From assembly GCA_043228905.1 (NCBI GenBank), contig JBHGNT010000021.1, positions 11,842,001-11,906,000 on the forward strand: a DNA stretch of 64,000 nucleotides, written 5' to 3'. The DNA is from Azolla caroliniana (Eukaryota; Plantae; Polypodiophyta). The notes under the pieces were generated by a model. It was not told the origin of the DNA and ran no database searches. It saw nothing but the letters and a program-made list of their open reading frames with translations. This document shows, piece by piece, positions 50,001 to 61,600 of this stretch (its first letter is position 1; each line of letters starts with the position of its first letter). The position numbers were made by a program, and so were the translations under genes.

Positions 50001-52740
50001 GTACCAGATGAACCCGAATTATGCAGCAAAGGTCAAGGATGAGATCGACAAGCTTCTCCGGGTCGGATTTATCCGACCGGTAAAGCAGGCAACCTGGCTA
50101 AGCCCGATAGTGGTTGTCCCGAAGAAGAACGGCAAGATCCGGGTATGTGTGGACTACCGGAAACTAAATGCCGCAACAGTGACCGATGAGTTTCCATTAC
50201 CGTTTACGGACGGGGTACTAGATACGGTGGCCGGCCATGAAGTCTACAGCTTCCTGGATGGATTCAGTGGCTACAATCAAATCCGAATGAACCCAGCCGA
50301 CCAGGAGAAAACGACGTTCGTCACGGAATGGGGAGTGTTCGTAGCAGTCGTAATGATGTTCGGATTAAAGACGGTCCCAACGACATTTTAACGTATAATA
50401 ATGGAAATCTTTCGAGAATATATTCCCGGTTTTATGCAGGTCTTCCTCGATGATTTCGCGGTCTACAGCCGGCACGGGGAGCATCTCGATCACCTGCGGC
50501 TGTGCCTAGAGAAGTGCCGCGAGTACCGGTTGAGTTTGAATCCGGCCAAGTGTGTCTTTGGAGTGGCAAGCGGCAACTTATTAGGACACGTGGTGAGTAA
50601 GGAAGGAATCGTGGTGGATCCAGACAAAGTGAAAGCGATCCTCGAGGCACCGGCGCCAAATAACGCAAAAGCCTTAAGTCGGTTCCTGGGCCAAATAAGG
50701 TGGCATAGCCGAATGATACGGCACCTCGCAGATTTTGCCACACCATTACATGCCGCCGTACACAGAGTACCCTTCCAATGGGCGGAGACCGAGGAGAAAG
50801 CCTACCAAGCGTTAAAGGTTATGCTATCGCAAGCCTCGGTAGTTCAACCGCCGGATTGGAGCAAAAGCTTTCACGTATTCGTTGACGCGTCAAACGTGGC
50901 AATCGGCAGCGTCCTAATGCAACTCACAGAGTCGAAATGGTACCGGCCGGTCTACTAAGCAAGCCGGAAACTCTCGAAAGCAGAACGAAACTACTCTACG
51001 ACAGAACGAGAGGCCTTGGGGATGGTGTATAGTGTCACCAAGTACAGACACTATTTGCTCGGAAGGAAGTTCTCCTTCCATGTGGATCATTCAGCACTAC
51101 TCTACCTGGTATCGAAGGCATCCTTGACCGGAAAAATCGCACGGTGGACATTGCTGTTACAAGAATTCGAATTTGACATCTTCCACCGACCCGGGGTGCA
51201 GCATGCGGTAGCTGACTACCTAAGCAGACTCGAATCCGGGGAAGCAGGGGACGGCGTACAGGATGAGTTCCCTGACGCCGAGCTGTTCCGGATCACGACG
51301 GAACCGGCCACGAATGCAACAGTAGCCGACGAAGACAAGTGGCTAACCGAAATGCATCAGTTCCTAAGCACCGGAGTACCCCCGAAGAACATGGATCGCG
51401 ATGAGAGGAGGAGGGTAGCTGTGAGAAGCAGACACTTCTGCTTGGTTGGAGACACCCTCTATCACAAGGGGTAAGATGGCATCTGGAGACGAACGGTGTG
51501 GAGTGACGAGAAGGATCTGATCCTGAGGGAAGCCCACTGTGGAATAGCCGGAGGGCATTATGACGGTGAAGCAACCGCTCGGAAGATATGGCAGAGCGGA
51601 CTATGGTGGCCCACCACTCTAAAAGATGCCGTGAAGTATAGGAGGGAATGTGATTTATGCCAACGATTGGGCCAACCCACGGAGCAGGCCCGGATGCCAC
51701 ACCACCCGGTCTTGCCCTTAGAACCATTTCAAAAGTGGGGTTTGGACTTTGTCGGTCCCTTTAAGCCCCCGGCCATGAGAACCGGAAATCGGTATATCAT
51801 AGTGGCGACCGATTATTGCACCAAATGGGTGGAGGCGAAGGCGTTACGGGACAACATGGACACTTCCACTACGAAGTTCCTGTATGAATGCATATGGTGT
51901 CGGTATGGCTACCCGATCGAGCTAATAAGTGACCAAGGAGGGCACTTTCTCGGGCAGGTAGTGGAAAGCCTGACGTCATTTTACGCGGTAGTACGTAAAC
52001 GGAGCACTCCTTACTACCCGCAAGCCAACGGACTAGCGGAGTCGACGAATAAAACTCTGCAAAACATCCTACGAAAGATCGTCAACAAGAACCGAACCGA
52101 TTGGGATACGAAACTGCAGAGCGCACTTTGGGCGTACCAAACAACGTATAAAACCAGCATCCGGACAACCCCGTTCCGACTAGCATTCGGCTTAGAAGCG
52201 GTCATGCCGGTTGAATTCCAGATCCCCAGCTTACGGATCCAGGTAAAGGAACGCTTAAGTGAGAAAGAGTCTGAACGAATCCGGCTGGCAACACTATTAG
52301 AATTAGAGGAAAACCGGATAGCCAGTTTACTGCAGCTAGAACTAGAGCAAAGGAGAAGGAAGGCGTTCGTGGACCGACATCGGCGGGGCAACGAAAAGGA
52401 GTTTGAAGTCGGGAAACCGGTATTACTATTCTAGACACGGATGGGGAACATGTCCGGAAAATTGCGATTTCGGTGGACCGAACCGTTCTGGATAACGAAG
52501 GAGTACAATGGGTCGTATCAGCTTGGTACATTGTCAGGAGAAGTCATTGCTAAATGGGCAAATGGGTTCCGGCTAAAGCCTTATAAAGGACATATGCCAG
52601 CCAACCCGTTCAAGCAAGACCCGAAGATCTGGCATGAGGAGGAACCGACACCGACAAAAACTACCCCGGAGAACCGGCATGAGGAGATCCCGGTACCGGC
52701 GAGAACCGACCCGGACAAACCGGGTGCAACCGACAAATGA
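47060..52740 (+). pseudogene. Gypsy F gag-pol (in-frame stops, one frameshift near 49740-49795)
   Basis: Three CCHC knuckles; IIDGGSGVN protease; VDYRKLN, LDGFSGYNQI, FLDD RT; VDAS RH; WGLDFVGP, ISDQG, QANGLAE integrase; GPY/F-like RWTEPF. Confidence 0.92.
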
Positions 52741-53186
52741 TGTGACGCAAAAAAAAAAAAAAAAAACGATCAATCTATAATGATGACTAGGGAGATTGCA
52801 AGAGGTGGGAGCGCCAAGCATTAAAAAGGAAGCGCCGCCAATCAATGAAGAGGCACCATTTAGTAAATAAGGACGTGCGGGTACTTGCTATTTAAGGCAG
52901 AGAACGTGGGCAAGGACCTGCTATTTACAGCGCAGACACCGACGTACGAGGAGAGATGCACACGCGGGAATCAAGAAAGGACTTGCTATTTATGGCGGGA
53001 GATATGCATGCGCGGGAATCGAAAAAGGACGGCTCGAGGAAAACGCAGCTACAAAAGGCATAGGCCTGTGAAGGACTCACGTTTTACGAATTTTCATTCA
53101 CACAGGCGCAGAAGCACAGAAGAGCAATCCGACGCACAGAGCATACACACCCCGATCAGCAGGCACCGGAAGAAGGATCAGAACCC

Positions 53187-56141
53187 ATGGCACTGTCGGA
53201 CGAAGCACGACAATGGATGACAGAAAACGGGATGGAAGGGTTGTTGCGCATCGCCGATGCTCCACCACACGCAGAACCGGAGCAGGCGGCAGCAACAATA
53301 GACCTATCGGAAGTCACGGAAGGAGCGGTGTAGGTGCTCACGGGAATAAAAGCCGGTGGACTCCGATCGATTGAGAACCCATCCAATCAGATCCTGTTCG
53401 AGTATTTCGGTGAATACTCCATAAGCAGCAAGGCGTACCGAACACAGGGCGGACAGAACCTGCTGTTCGGAGAGGTGGCCCGGGCAATGATGGAACACGG
53501 GTTCGTGCATCCTCGTCCCCTGGCCTTTCCCAAGTACCGGGCAGGGTTCGTGATTGCGGCGTATGAAGGGTTGCAAGTGGACTGGCTCCACTTCATAACC
53601 GAAGGGCTGAAGGACCCCATCAGGAACCTAGTAGACGGAAAAAAGCCATGGGCCGGAATAACGCAGTGGCTGACGGTGTTAGTCCCACCGGTACTCCCCA
53701 TCAAACAGAAGAAGAGAGGTCGGCAGGAGACCACTCCGAAGAAGACGGCAAAACGCCGACACATCTTGGAGAAACACACCCCGGGATGGACCCAGGAGGA
53801 AGGAGAACAACAGGAGGAAGGACCATCCCAATGGCAACCGGAACAGGCGTCGGCACAGGCGAAACCAGCGGGGAAAGGAAAAGAAAAAACGGCAAAGAAG
53901 ACCAACCAAGAACCGGCCGAGGAAGAGCCGGTGGTGCACAAGCCGATCAAGATAACGCAGCGACGGCCAGAACCCGAACCAGAGGATTTCATACAAAAGG
54001 TCCGTCTGGGAACCACACCGGAGGAGGAAGCTGAGACAGAAGACTCATCCGAACAACTGGTGAGACAACCGCCAAGACAAGGACGGGAGAAACGGGCGAA
54101 AGGACCGACTCTACTAGTTGACGGTACTCAGCGACGGGCGAAGGGACCACCTCCAGTAGCCGGGGCGGAAGGGGAAAAGGACGAAGTCAGGACTGCACCG
54201 AAGGGGGCAGCACCGGAACCGGTTTTGCCGGATTCCAGAGAACCGGTCATTCCGGATATAAGGAATGAACGAGTAGCCGAACAAGAGAGAATGCCGGAGA
54301 AATAGCCTGAGCTACGGAGCAGAAGCGAGCAAAGCTACCCCGACAAGGGACTGGAAGGAAGTACCAAGCAACAATGGCTGAGATGGCTCTCAGAGCAGGT
54401 GTCGGGGGTAGCAGACCAAATAGAGGAAGAAGAAAAGTGGAGGGAACACCTCACGCATACAACCCCCCAAGAGTTGGTCGCACTCCAGACACAAATCCAA
54501 GAGTTGCAAGGGGAGCTGTTGCAGGCAAAGGAAAGAATTCAACAAACACAAGTGGTCACCGAGCGGGCCGGGACAACAAGGAAGCAACCGGAACCGGAAC
54601 CGATGGAAATGGAGGCCTTGCAAACCGACCCTGAGTCCGAAAGAGTCATAGCAACCTTGCGAGAGGAATTAAGGGCTCGGGAGGCATTGAGGGAGAAAGA
54701 ATGGGAGCAGCGAAAATTGGCGGAAGAAGACAGACGGAGAATGGAAGAGGGCCTCCGGAAAGGTCGGGCCAATAACGACCGACTGCAGGAAGAGAAGGAC
54801 AAGCTGCAAAAAGAGAAGGATAGACTGCGTCGACAGGCCGAGCAGGAAATAGAGCGGCTTCAGGAAGAACTCTGACAACATACGGACCGGGACGACCGGT
54901 TACGGGCTCAAGTGAACCGACGCCTGAAGCAGAAAACGGAGGATTTCGATAGACTGTACCAAGATCACAAGCAGGCCGAGTCGGACAACAAGAAACGAGG
55001 AGCAGAATACGACCGGTAGATAGAGAAGCTGAAAGAGCAGCTCAAGGAAACCCGATTGGATCTGGCCAAGACAATGGAGGAGTTAGATGTCAAGAAAGAG
55101 GCATTGTCGGCGGAAAAGACCCTGGTGTCCGAGCAAAGGAAGGAGTTGGAAGCACTTCAGCAGGAGAAGTTGGAAATAACAAAGAACCGGAATGAAGAAA
55201 AGGAACGGTCTATGTACGTGATCAACAAACTGCAAAGTACCTATGAAAGGAAGGCAGCGGAATACGAAGCCCAGGCCCAGGCAACAGTTGCGATTATAAC
55301 ATGGGCAAGAAAGGAAAAGCAAGAAGCATATGCACAGGCTAAAGCAGGGGCGGACCGGATCCGGCTCATCATGTCATCATGGAGTGACCGAGCGCAGGCC
55401 AGCATCAACGAAAGCACTGAGAAGCTATGGAAGGAGTGGTCGCAACAGGCAGCCGAGCTGCAGACACTCCGAGCAGACGCTGAGAATCGGAGGAAGACGG
55501 GTGACAAGTTTTACAAGATGGATGAAGAAAGTATAGTCACCACTCGGGAGGAATTGTCGGAGGATTTCTTCGCTTTGGCAGAAGAATATCTAAAGGAGAT
55601 CCGAGGGTTGGTGGAAAGGCTAGATGACCGGCAGCTCGCAACTTTGTTGGAGTTGGAGAAGTACGAGCAAGACCACTTACGACAGGAAGCCGAGGAAAAA
55701 ACGACGTCGATCATTATAAGGGAGGAAGAGCGACCGGCTGAAGCTGAACCAACCGACACCGAACAACCCCGACAGGGAATACCCGAAGAAGAGCTTCCGG
55801 TCCAAGAAAATCAAGAGGAGCAGTTGCAGACCGATGCCGGGGAAGAAGAAGAGCTAGGACAAGGGAACACTAGGTCGGAGGAAGAAGTAGCACCGAACCG
55901 GCCTGTCGAGACCGGGGAAAGTGACACCGGTAACAAAACAGAGCCCGAAATGGAAGAAGAACAAGAGGAACCCGGACAGAGCGGAGAGGAAGCACCGGCA
56001 CCACAGAACCAAGAAGAGCCGGAGTAGCAACCAATTCAACCGGAGGTCGGAAAAGAGGCAGGCAAGGAACGGGAACCCGAGGAAGAGGCACCATTTGACA
56101 CTTTCGAGCGGACCTTGCTTGACATTTTGGAGGAAGACTGA
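53187..56141 (+). pseudogene. Extra ORF of F (env position), 984 codons in one frame with 5 in-frame stops; globular N-domain plus long coiled coil
   Basis: ATG 53187 and track ORFs 53334..54305, 54399..54875 and 55056..56027 share one frame; the internal stops are TAG/TGA; ends PFDTFERTLLDILEED* at 56141. Confidence 0.88.
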
Positions 56142-57974
56142 GGCCGTGTGTGGGTTCGAAGTGCAAAGCACTTTCCCACGGGCGTGCCATGTATTGGCCG
56201 GTTAGAAGTGGAAGGACAAGTGGGAAGGCGGAATCGGATAGAATAATATAAAGTAAATATTAGTAGATTTATTATTCGGAGGGACGGATCCGGTACAGTT
56301 GTACTGATCCGGATCCGGACCGATTCGGATGCCGGTTGCCTAAGCGCACCGTTTTGTAATCTTGCCGAATGCCTATAAAAGGATCCGATGAATTGTAATG
56401 AGTTTTTTACGGAAGTAATACAAGCTTAACTATTTGTGATTATTTTAGTGTCTGTATTGTCTTACCGTCTGTGCTAATTGTAACTATCTTACGCGTGTAC
56501 TCTAACATCCAATCCTCACCACCCCTTTGGAGAAGTGTCGGAAAGACACCTGTGTTGGGGCTAGTCCAGCCAGCAATACAACAATCAAGATTGGGGTCGG
56601 TACCTCGATCCGGAGGTCACGCACTAGTCGCCAAAGCCAAATGGCTTCATAGGTGGCAATGGTAGCGCCCCGGTACTCAGCCTTACTGCTCGACAAAGCC
56701 ACTGTTGGCTGATTTTTGCTGCTCCACGCAACAGCCACGCTACCAAGAGAAAATATGTAACCGGAGGTGGATCGGCGATCCAATGCATCACCAACCCAGT
56801 TGGCATCGGTATATCCAACTAGCTTCCCGGCTATACCGTTGTCGGTATAATAATCCCCGGTCCTTCATGCCATTAACATACCGGAGTATCCAGTGTGCGC
56901 ACTGAAGGTGCTCGATGGTCGGCTTTTGCATGAACTGGTTGGTCACTCCGACTGGGTAACTGATGTCGGGTCGAGTGATTGTCAAGTATATGAGGCTTCC
57001 GACATTTTGTTGGAACCGTTTCTCATTGCAGGCCGAGACGGAGTCGGGACGTAGCTTCAAGTTCCGGTCTAGGGGTGTAGAGATCGGTCGACATTCCGTC
57101 ATGCCGAACTTGTACAACATATTCAACACATAATGGCGTTGTGAGAGCAATATGTTTTCGGGGGTCCGGATCACCTCGATCCCAAGAAAATAATGAAGGT
57201 ACCCCAGGTCCTTCATTTCAAATGCGTCTAACAGCTGGGACTTCACTCGGTTGATTTCATTGAGTCTAGGTCTGGTGATGACTAAATCATCTACATACAA
57301 CAAGATGCAAACTGGACCGTCCGGATGAACAATGAAGAGTCAAACTTTGATGCCGCAAACCCCATCTTACGCAACCGGTGCGTGATCTTCGCATTCCAAG
57401 CTCGAGGGGCTTGCTTCAGACTATAAAGCGACTTCTTGAGTCGCCACACTACTGACTAGTTCATCTCCGATTGGAAACCAGGGGGTTGGATCATAGACCT
57501 GTTCTTCAAAATCACCTTGAAGGAATGAATTCTTCACGTCCATTTGGTGAAGATGCCACCCCCAGTACTACACGAACCGTTGTCATCTTCGCTACCGGAG
57601 CGAAGGTCTCGTCGTAGTCAATTACGTGAGTCTACACATATCCCTTCGCCACTAACTGGGGCTTGTACTGGTAACTGAACCACCAGCATTGTACTTTACC
57701 TTGTACATCCACTTACATTCGATCGGTTTATAGGGTCGAGGAGGGTCAACGAGGTCCCATGTGTCGTTGGCCTCTACTGCCCGCATTTCTTCCTCCATAG
57801 GAGCACAAATTTGCGTCTTTTGCTGCTTCTGCGTAGCTCTCCGGCTCATGCACCTCCGCCACCTTAGTCATGTACGCATAGTGATGCGCCATGTACTCAT
57901 TGTATCTGTACCTCATGACGGGTTCACCGGCGTAACTTTTCGACTTTTCGTTACCCGGTTTGAGTGTCATGATA

Positions 57975-58035
57975 TGGCAAGACTCGAACCCATGACCTTA
58001 TGTTACATGGGTCGAGCTCTTGACCATTAGACTAT
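57975..58035 (-). other. tRNA-like module with Pol III A and B boxes at the U3 start of the G LTR
   Basis: Minus strand ATAGTCTAATGG...AGGTCATGGGTTCGAGTC; A-to-B spacing about 44 nt as in tRNA; stems degenerate. Confidence 0.6.
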
Positions 58036-58101
58036 ATGTTGTAATACAAAGGATATTTTCGTTTTTACTATAGAAAATTGATGTATATTCCAGATTTCTC
58101 T

Positions 58102-58126
58102 GGAACATTCTAGAAACTTCAGGAAT
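58102..58126. promoter_or_regulatory. Heat-shock element, five perfect alternating nGAAn/nTTCn units, in the 5' LTR of G (three units at 63324-63338 in the 3' LTR)
   Basis: gGAAc aTTCt aGAAa cTTCa gGAAt; in the 3' LTR TATAAAA follows at 63363. Confidence 0.8.
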
Positions 58127-58234
58127 ACTCCTGAGAACAAGGCATTATTTCGAACCAAATTGGTTCAACGCTAGTCTTAAGCCTCCTAGCTACTATTGCA
58201 TATTCCCTTAACATAATATATATCTTTTGTTATC

Positions 58235-58279
<45 letters not shown>

Positions 58280-58651
58280 ACATTGACTCTCTAACATTGA
58301 TTCTCTCCTTCTCTCGAGAGTTCTACACCTCCCTTAGTACTAATCCTCATCTTCTGTTTTAGTACTGTTCCTGACAATACTTCTCTGTCTTAGTACTGCT
58401 CCTAATAGTTTGAACCGATTTCTTCTCTCCTTCCTTCTCTTCCTTCATCTTCTTACTTCTCCCTCCCTTCATACTAATCTCTTATTCCTCTTTTCTCTCA
58501 TACTATGGCCATTGTTAGCGCTCAAGAATATCAATCCGTTTTCTCAGAGCCGCAATACTTGAAACAGAAGGAAGAAAATCAACGGTTGTTGGGGGATCTT
58601 CAAAAAATCTCCTTAGAAAAGCAGTAGACGCAAGAACAACATGGGGAACTA

Positions 58652-61600
58652 GTGGTACGTGTGCAACAACTCGAAGCAACCTTAGTAGCGATGCAACAAC
58701 AAGGACCCAGTACACAAGGGATTCATAAAGAACCCAACATCGGCCTTCCCATGAAATTCGATGGAACGGGATCACAGTTTAGAGGATTCCTTAATCAGGT
58801 ACGATTAGTCATTCAAATGCATCCTTCTCGATATCCCACCGATGCATCACGAGAGGGACTAGTAGGCACTCTACTTAGTGGCACGACTTTGGCATGGTTT
58901 GCCCCCCTATTAGAAAAAAGCTCTCCCTTGTTAAATAATTTCGAAGAGTTTATTACTGAGTTTAAAGCCTATTTTGGAGATACCGATAGTGTTAGAACAA
59001 CAATCAACAAAATCCGAAGATTGCGCCAAGGTGAGCAGCCGGCCTCGGCTTATGTAGTGGATTTTTGTCTTCTTGCCACCAATATTGCCTGGGATGACCA
59101 GACACTAATGGAGCAATTTCGTTTTGGCCTACGTAATGATATTAAAGATTTAATCTTAACTTTCCCCAAGGAGCCAAAGTCATTGACAGAAGCAATCAAT
59201 TGTGCGGTGCGATGCGATAATCACCTCTTCGAATGACGTTTAGAACGTTAGTTCCAAATGGTACGGACAAGATCGGAGCCCACCTACGCTTCAATCGTAG
59301 CAAAGCCTTTCCCAAGGGAGTCATTCAATACGTCTCCAACAAATACTCTAGCTCCAATGGAAATCGACACCACACGTCACCGCATACCACTATCAAAAGA
59401 AGAAAAGCAACGACGCAGGGCAAATCTATTATGTCTTTATTGCGGTGGACCGGGGCATATTGCAATGAATTGCCCCCATCGGCCGAAAAGGTAGGTAAAT
59501 CAAATAACCGCTAGTACTAATAGTACTAAACCCGAGTCTATTCCTCTAGGTATGTTTGATAGTCCTAATAGCCCAAGCCTTTCAAACAAATTTGAAATCC
59601 TTAGTCAACTAGAAGAAGAGTTAAACAATTAAGCCCAGCCAAAATAGGAGCCGTTTGGTTGGACAACCCTAGATCTGTGCAACCCATTAGTGGTTCCATT
59701 TCCTCTAAGCGAGTTAGCAATGTGTTCTTATCTCAAGTAATGGTTAGTACTAAAAGTACTCCTCCAGTACATGTCTTAGCACTCTTAGATTCCGGAGCCA
59801 ACTCTTGCTTCATGGATAGGAATTTTTCCCAAGCTCATCAGATATCCCTAAAGAAACTCCCATGTCTAGCCTCTGTAGTAGTCATTGATGGTCGTCCCAT
59901 TGCTTCCGGGAATATTATAGAAGAGTCAGAACCCATTAATATTGTCCTAGATAACTTAGCGTGTGTAGTATCATTTAATATAATTAGTATCCCAGAACAT
60001 CCCATTGTTTTGGGATTACCATGGTTCGAATTACAGAACCCAGCCATAGATTGGAGAACAAGAGAAATATGGTGTCGACAAACCCGAGGATCTACTCATA
60101 AGATTGCAACCATTTTGCTACATCAATTGCGTGAGGAAGGACGCAAGGAAGAAATGTTTCTCTTCGCAATATCAGTAAACCCCTCCAGTATCAATAAAGA
60201 GGATTCCATTGTTCAACTTCCAGAGAAGTATCGTCATTATGCCGATGTGTTCAATAAAGTATGAGCTAATATGCTTCCTCACCATCGACTGTATGATTGC
60301 CCCATCGATTTACAACTGGGAAAAGAGCCACCATGGGGACCGATCTACAATTTGTCACCAACCAAGCTAGAAGTCCTTCGAGCCTATATAGAGGAGAATT
60401 TGGCAAATGGTTTCATTCGACATTCGAAATCTCCAGCCGGCACACCCATTTTCTTTGTCAAGAAAACGGATGGATCACTTCGTCTTGTTGTAGATTACCG
60501 TGGGTTGAATAAATTCACCATCAGGAATAGGTATGCACTTCCTCTTATCTCAAGTCTTTTAGAACGGATCAATGGTGCAAGGTTCTTCACAAAGATCGAC
60601 TTACGAGGAGCGTATAACCTCGTACGGATCTGACTAGGAGATGAATGGAAGACTGCGTTTCGCACCAGATATGGGCACTTCAAGTATACGGTCATGCCAT
60701 TCGGCCTCACTAATGCACCAATAGTCTTCCAGCACATGGCAAATGATATATTCTGAGATCTCTTGGATGATTTTTTTATCATCTATTTGGATGATCTACT
60801 GGTTTATTTGAAGACCCAAGAAGATCGTGATTCTCATGTACTGTTATTACTAAAACGACTTCGAGAACATGGTCTTTATACAAAACTGGAAAAATGTAGT
60901 TTCGGGTGCAACTAAGTAGAATTTTTGGGTTATGTGATTTCCTCAGAAGGCATCTCCATGGATCCAGCTAAGGTCAAAACGGTGGTAGAGTGGTAGACTC
61001 CGCGTTCGTTGCGAGATGTGCAATGCTTTTTAGGCTTTGCCAATTTTTACCACAAGTTCATACAGGATTACTCAAAGCTTGTTTTGCCTCTCACACAACT
61101 TACCAGGAAGGGAAAATCGTTCGTTTGGTTTGAAGAAGCAAACATTTCTTTTGAGAGTCTTAAGAAGGCATTTACATCAGTTCCTATTTTAGCTCATGTT
61201 GATCCAGAAAAACCATTCATCATTGAAGCAGACGCATCGTATTTCGCCTTGGGTAGCATTCTATCTCAACAAGGCGCTGATGAAAAGCTACATCATGTGG
61301 CTTTCCATTCACGCAAGTTTGACGCCGCAGAAATCAACTATGAAATTCATGATAAGGAGCTATTAGCAATAGTGGACTCTTTTACGCAATGGAGGCATTT
61401 TCTAGAGGGGTCTTCTCATCAAGTCATCGTATTCAGTGATCACAAAAACCTTTCCTACTTTCAGAATGCTCGTGTGTTAAATCAACGTCAAGCTAGATGG
61501 GCCCACTTCCTCACTCATTTCGACTTCAAAATTACATATCGTCTAGGGAAGCAACAAGGGAAGGAAAATGCATTCTCACAACGTTCGTATCTAGCACTAC

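Larger units (their letters stand above)
46617..56583 (+). mobile_element. Gypsy F, non-chromovirus (Athila-like) LTR retrotransposon with a long extra 3' ORF
   Basis: LTRs ~46618-47007 (first 4 nt missing) and 56190-56583; PBS-like TGGCGATCATG at 47014; order gag-PR-RT-RH-INT; DEFPD linker after RH; no chromodomain. Confidence 0.93.

Noticed and set aside
53187-56141. Retroviral-type envelope gene or captured host SMC/myosin
   Set aside because: No signal peptide, TM helix or Walker motifs seen; coiled-coil composition alone does not show homology.
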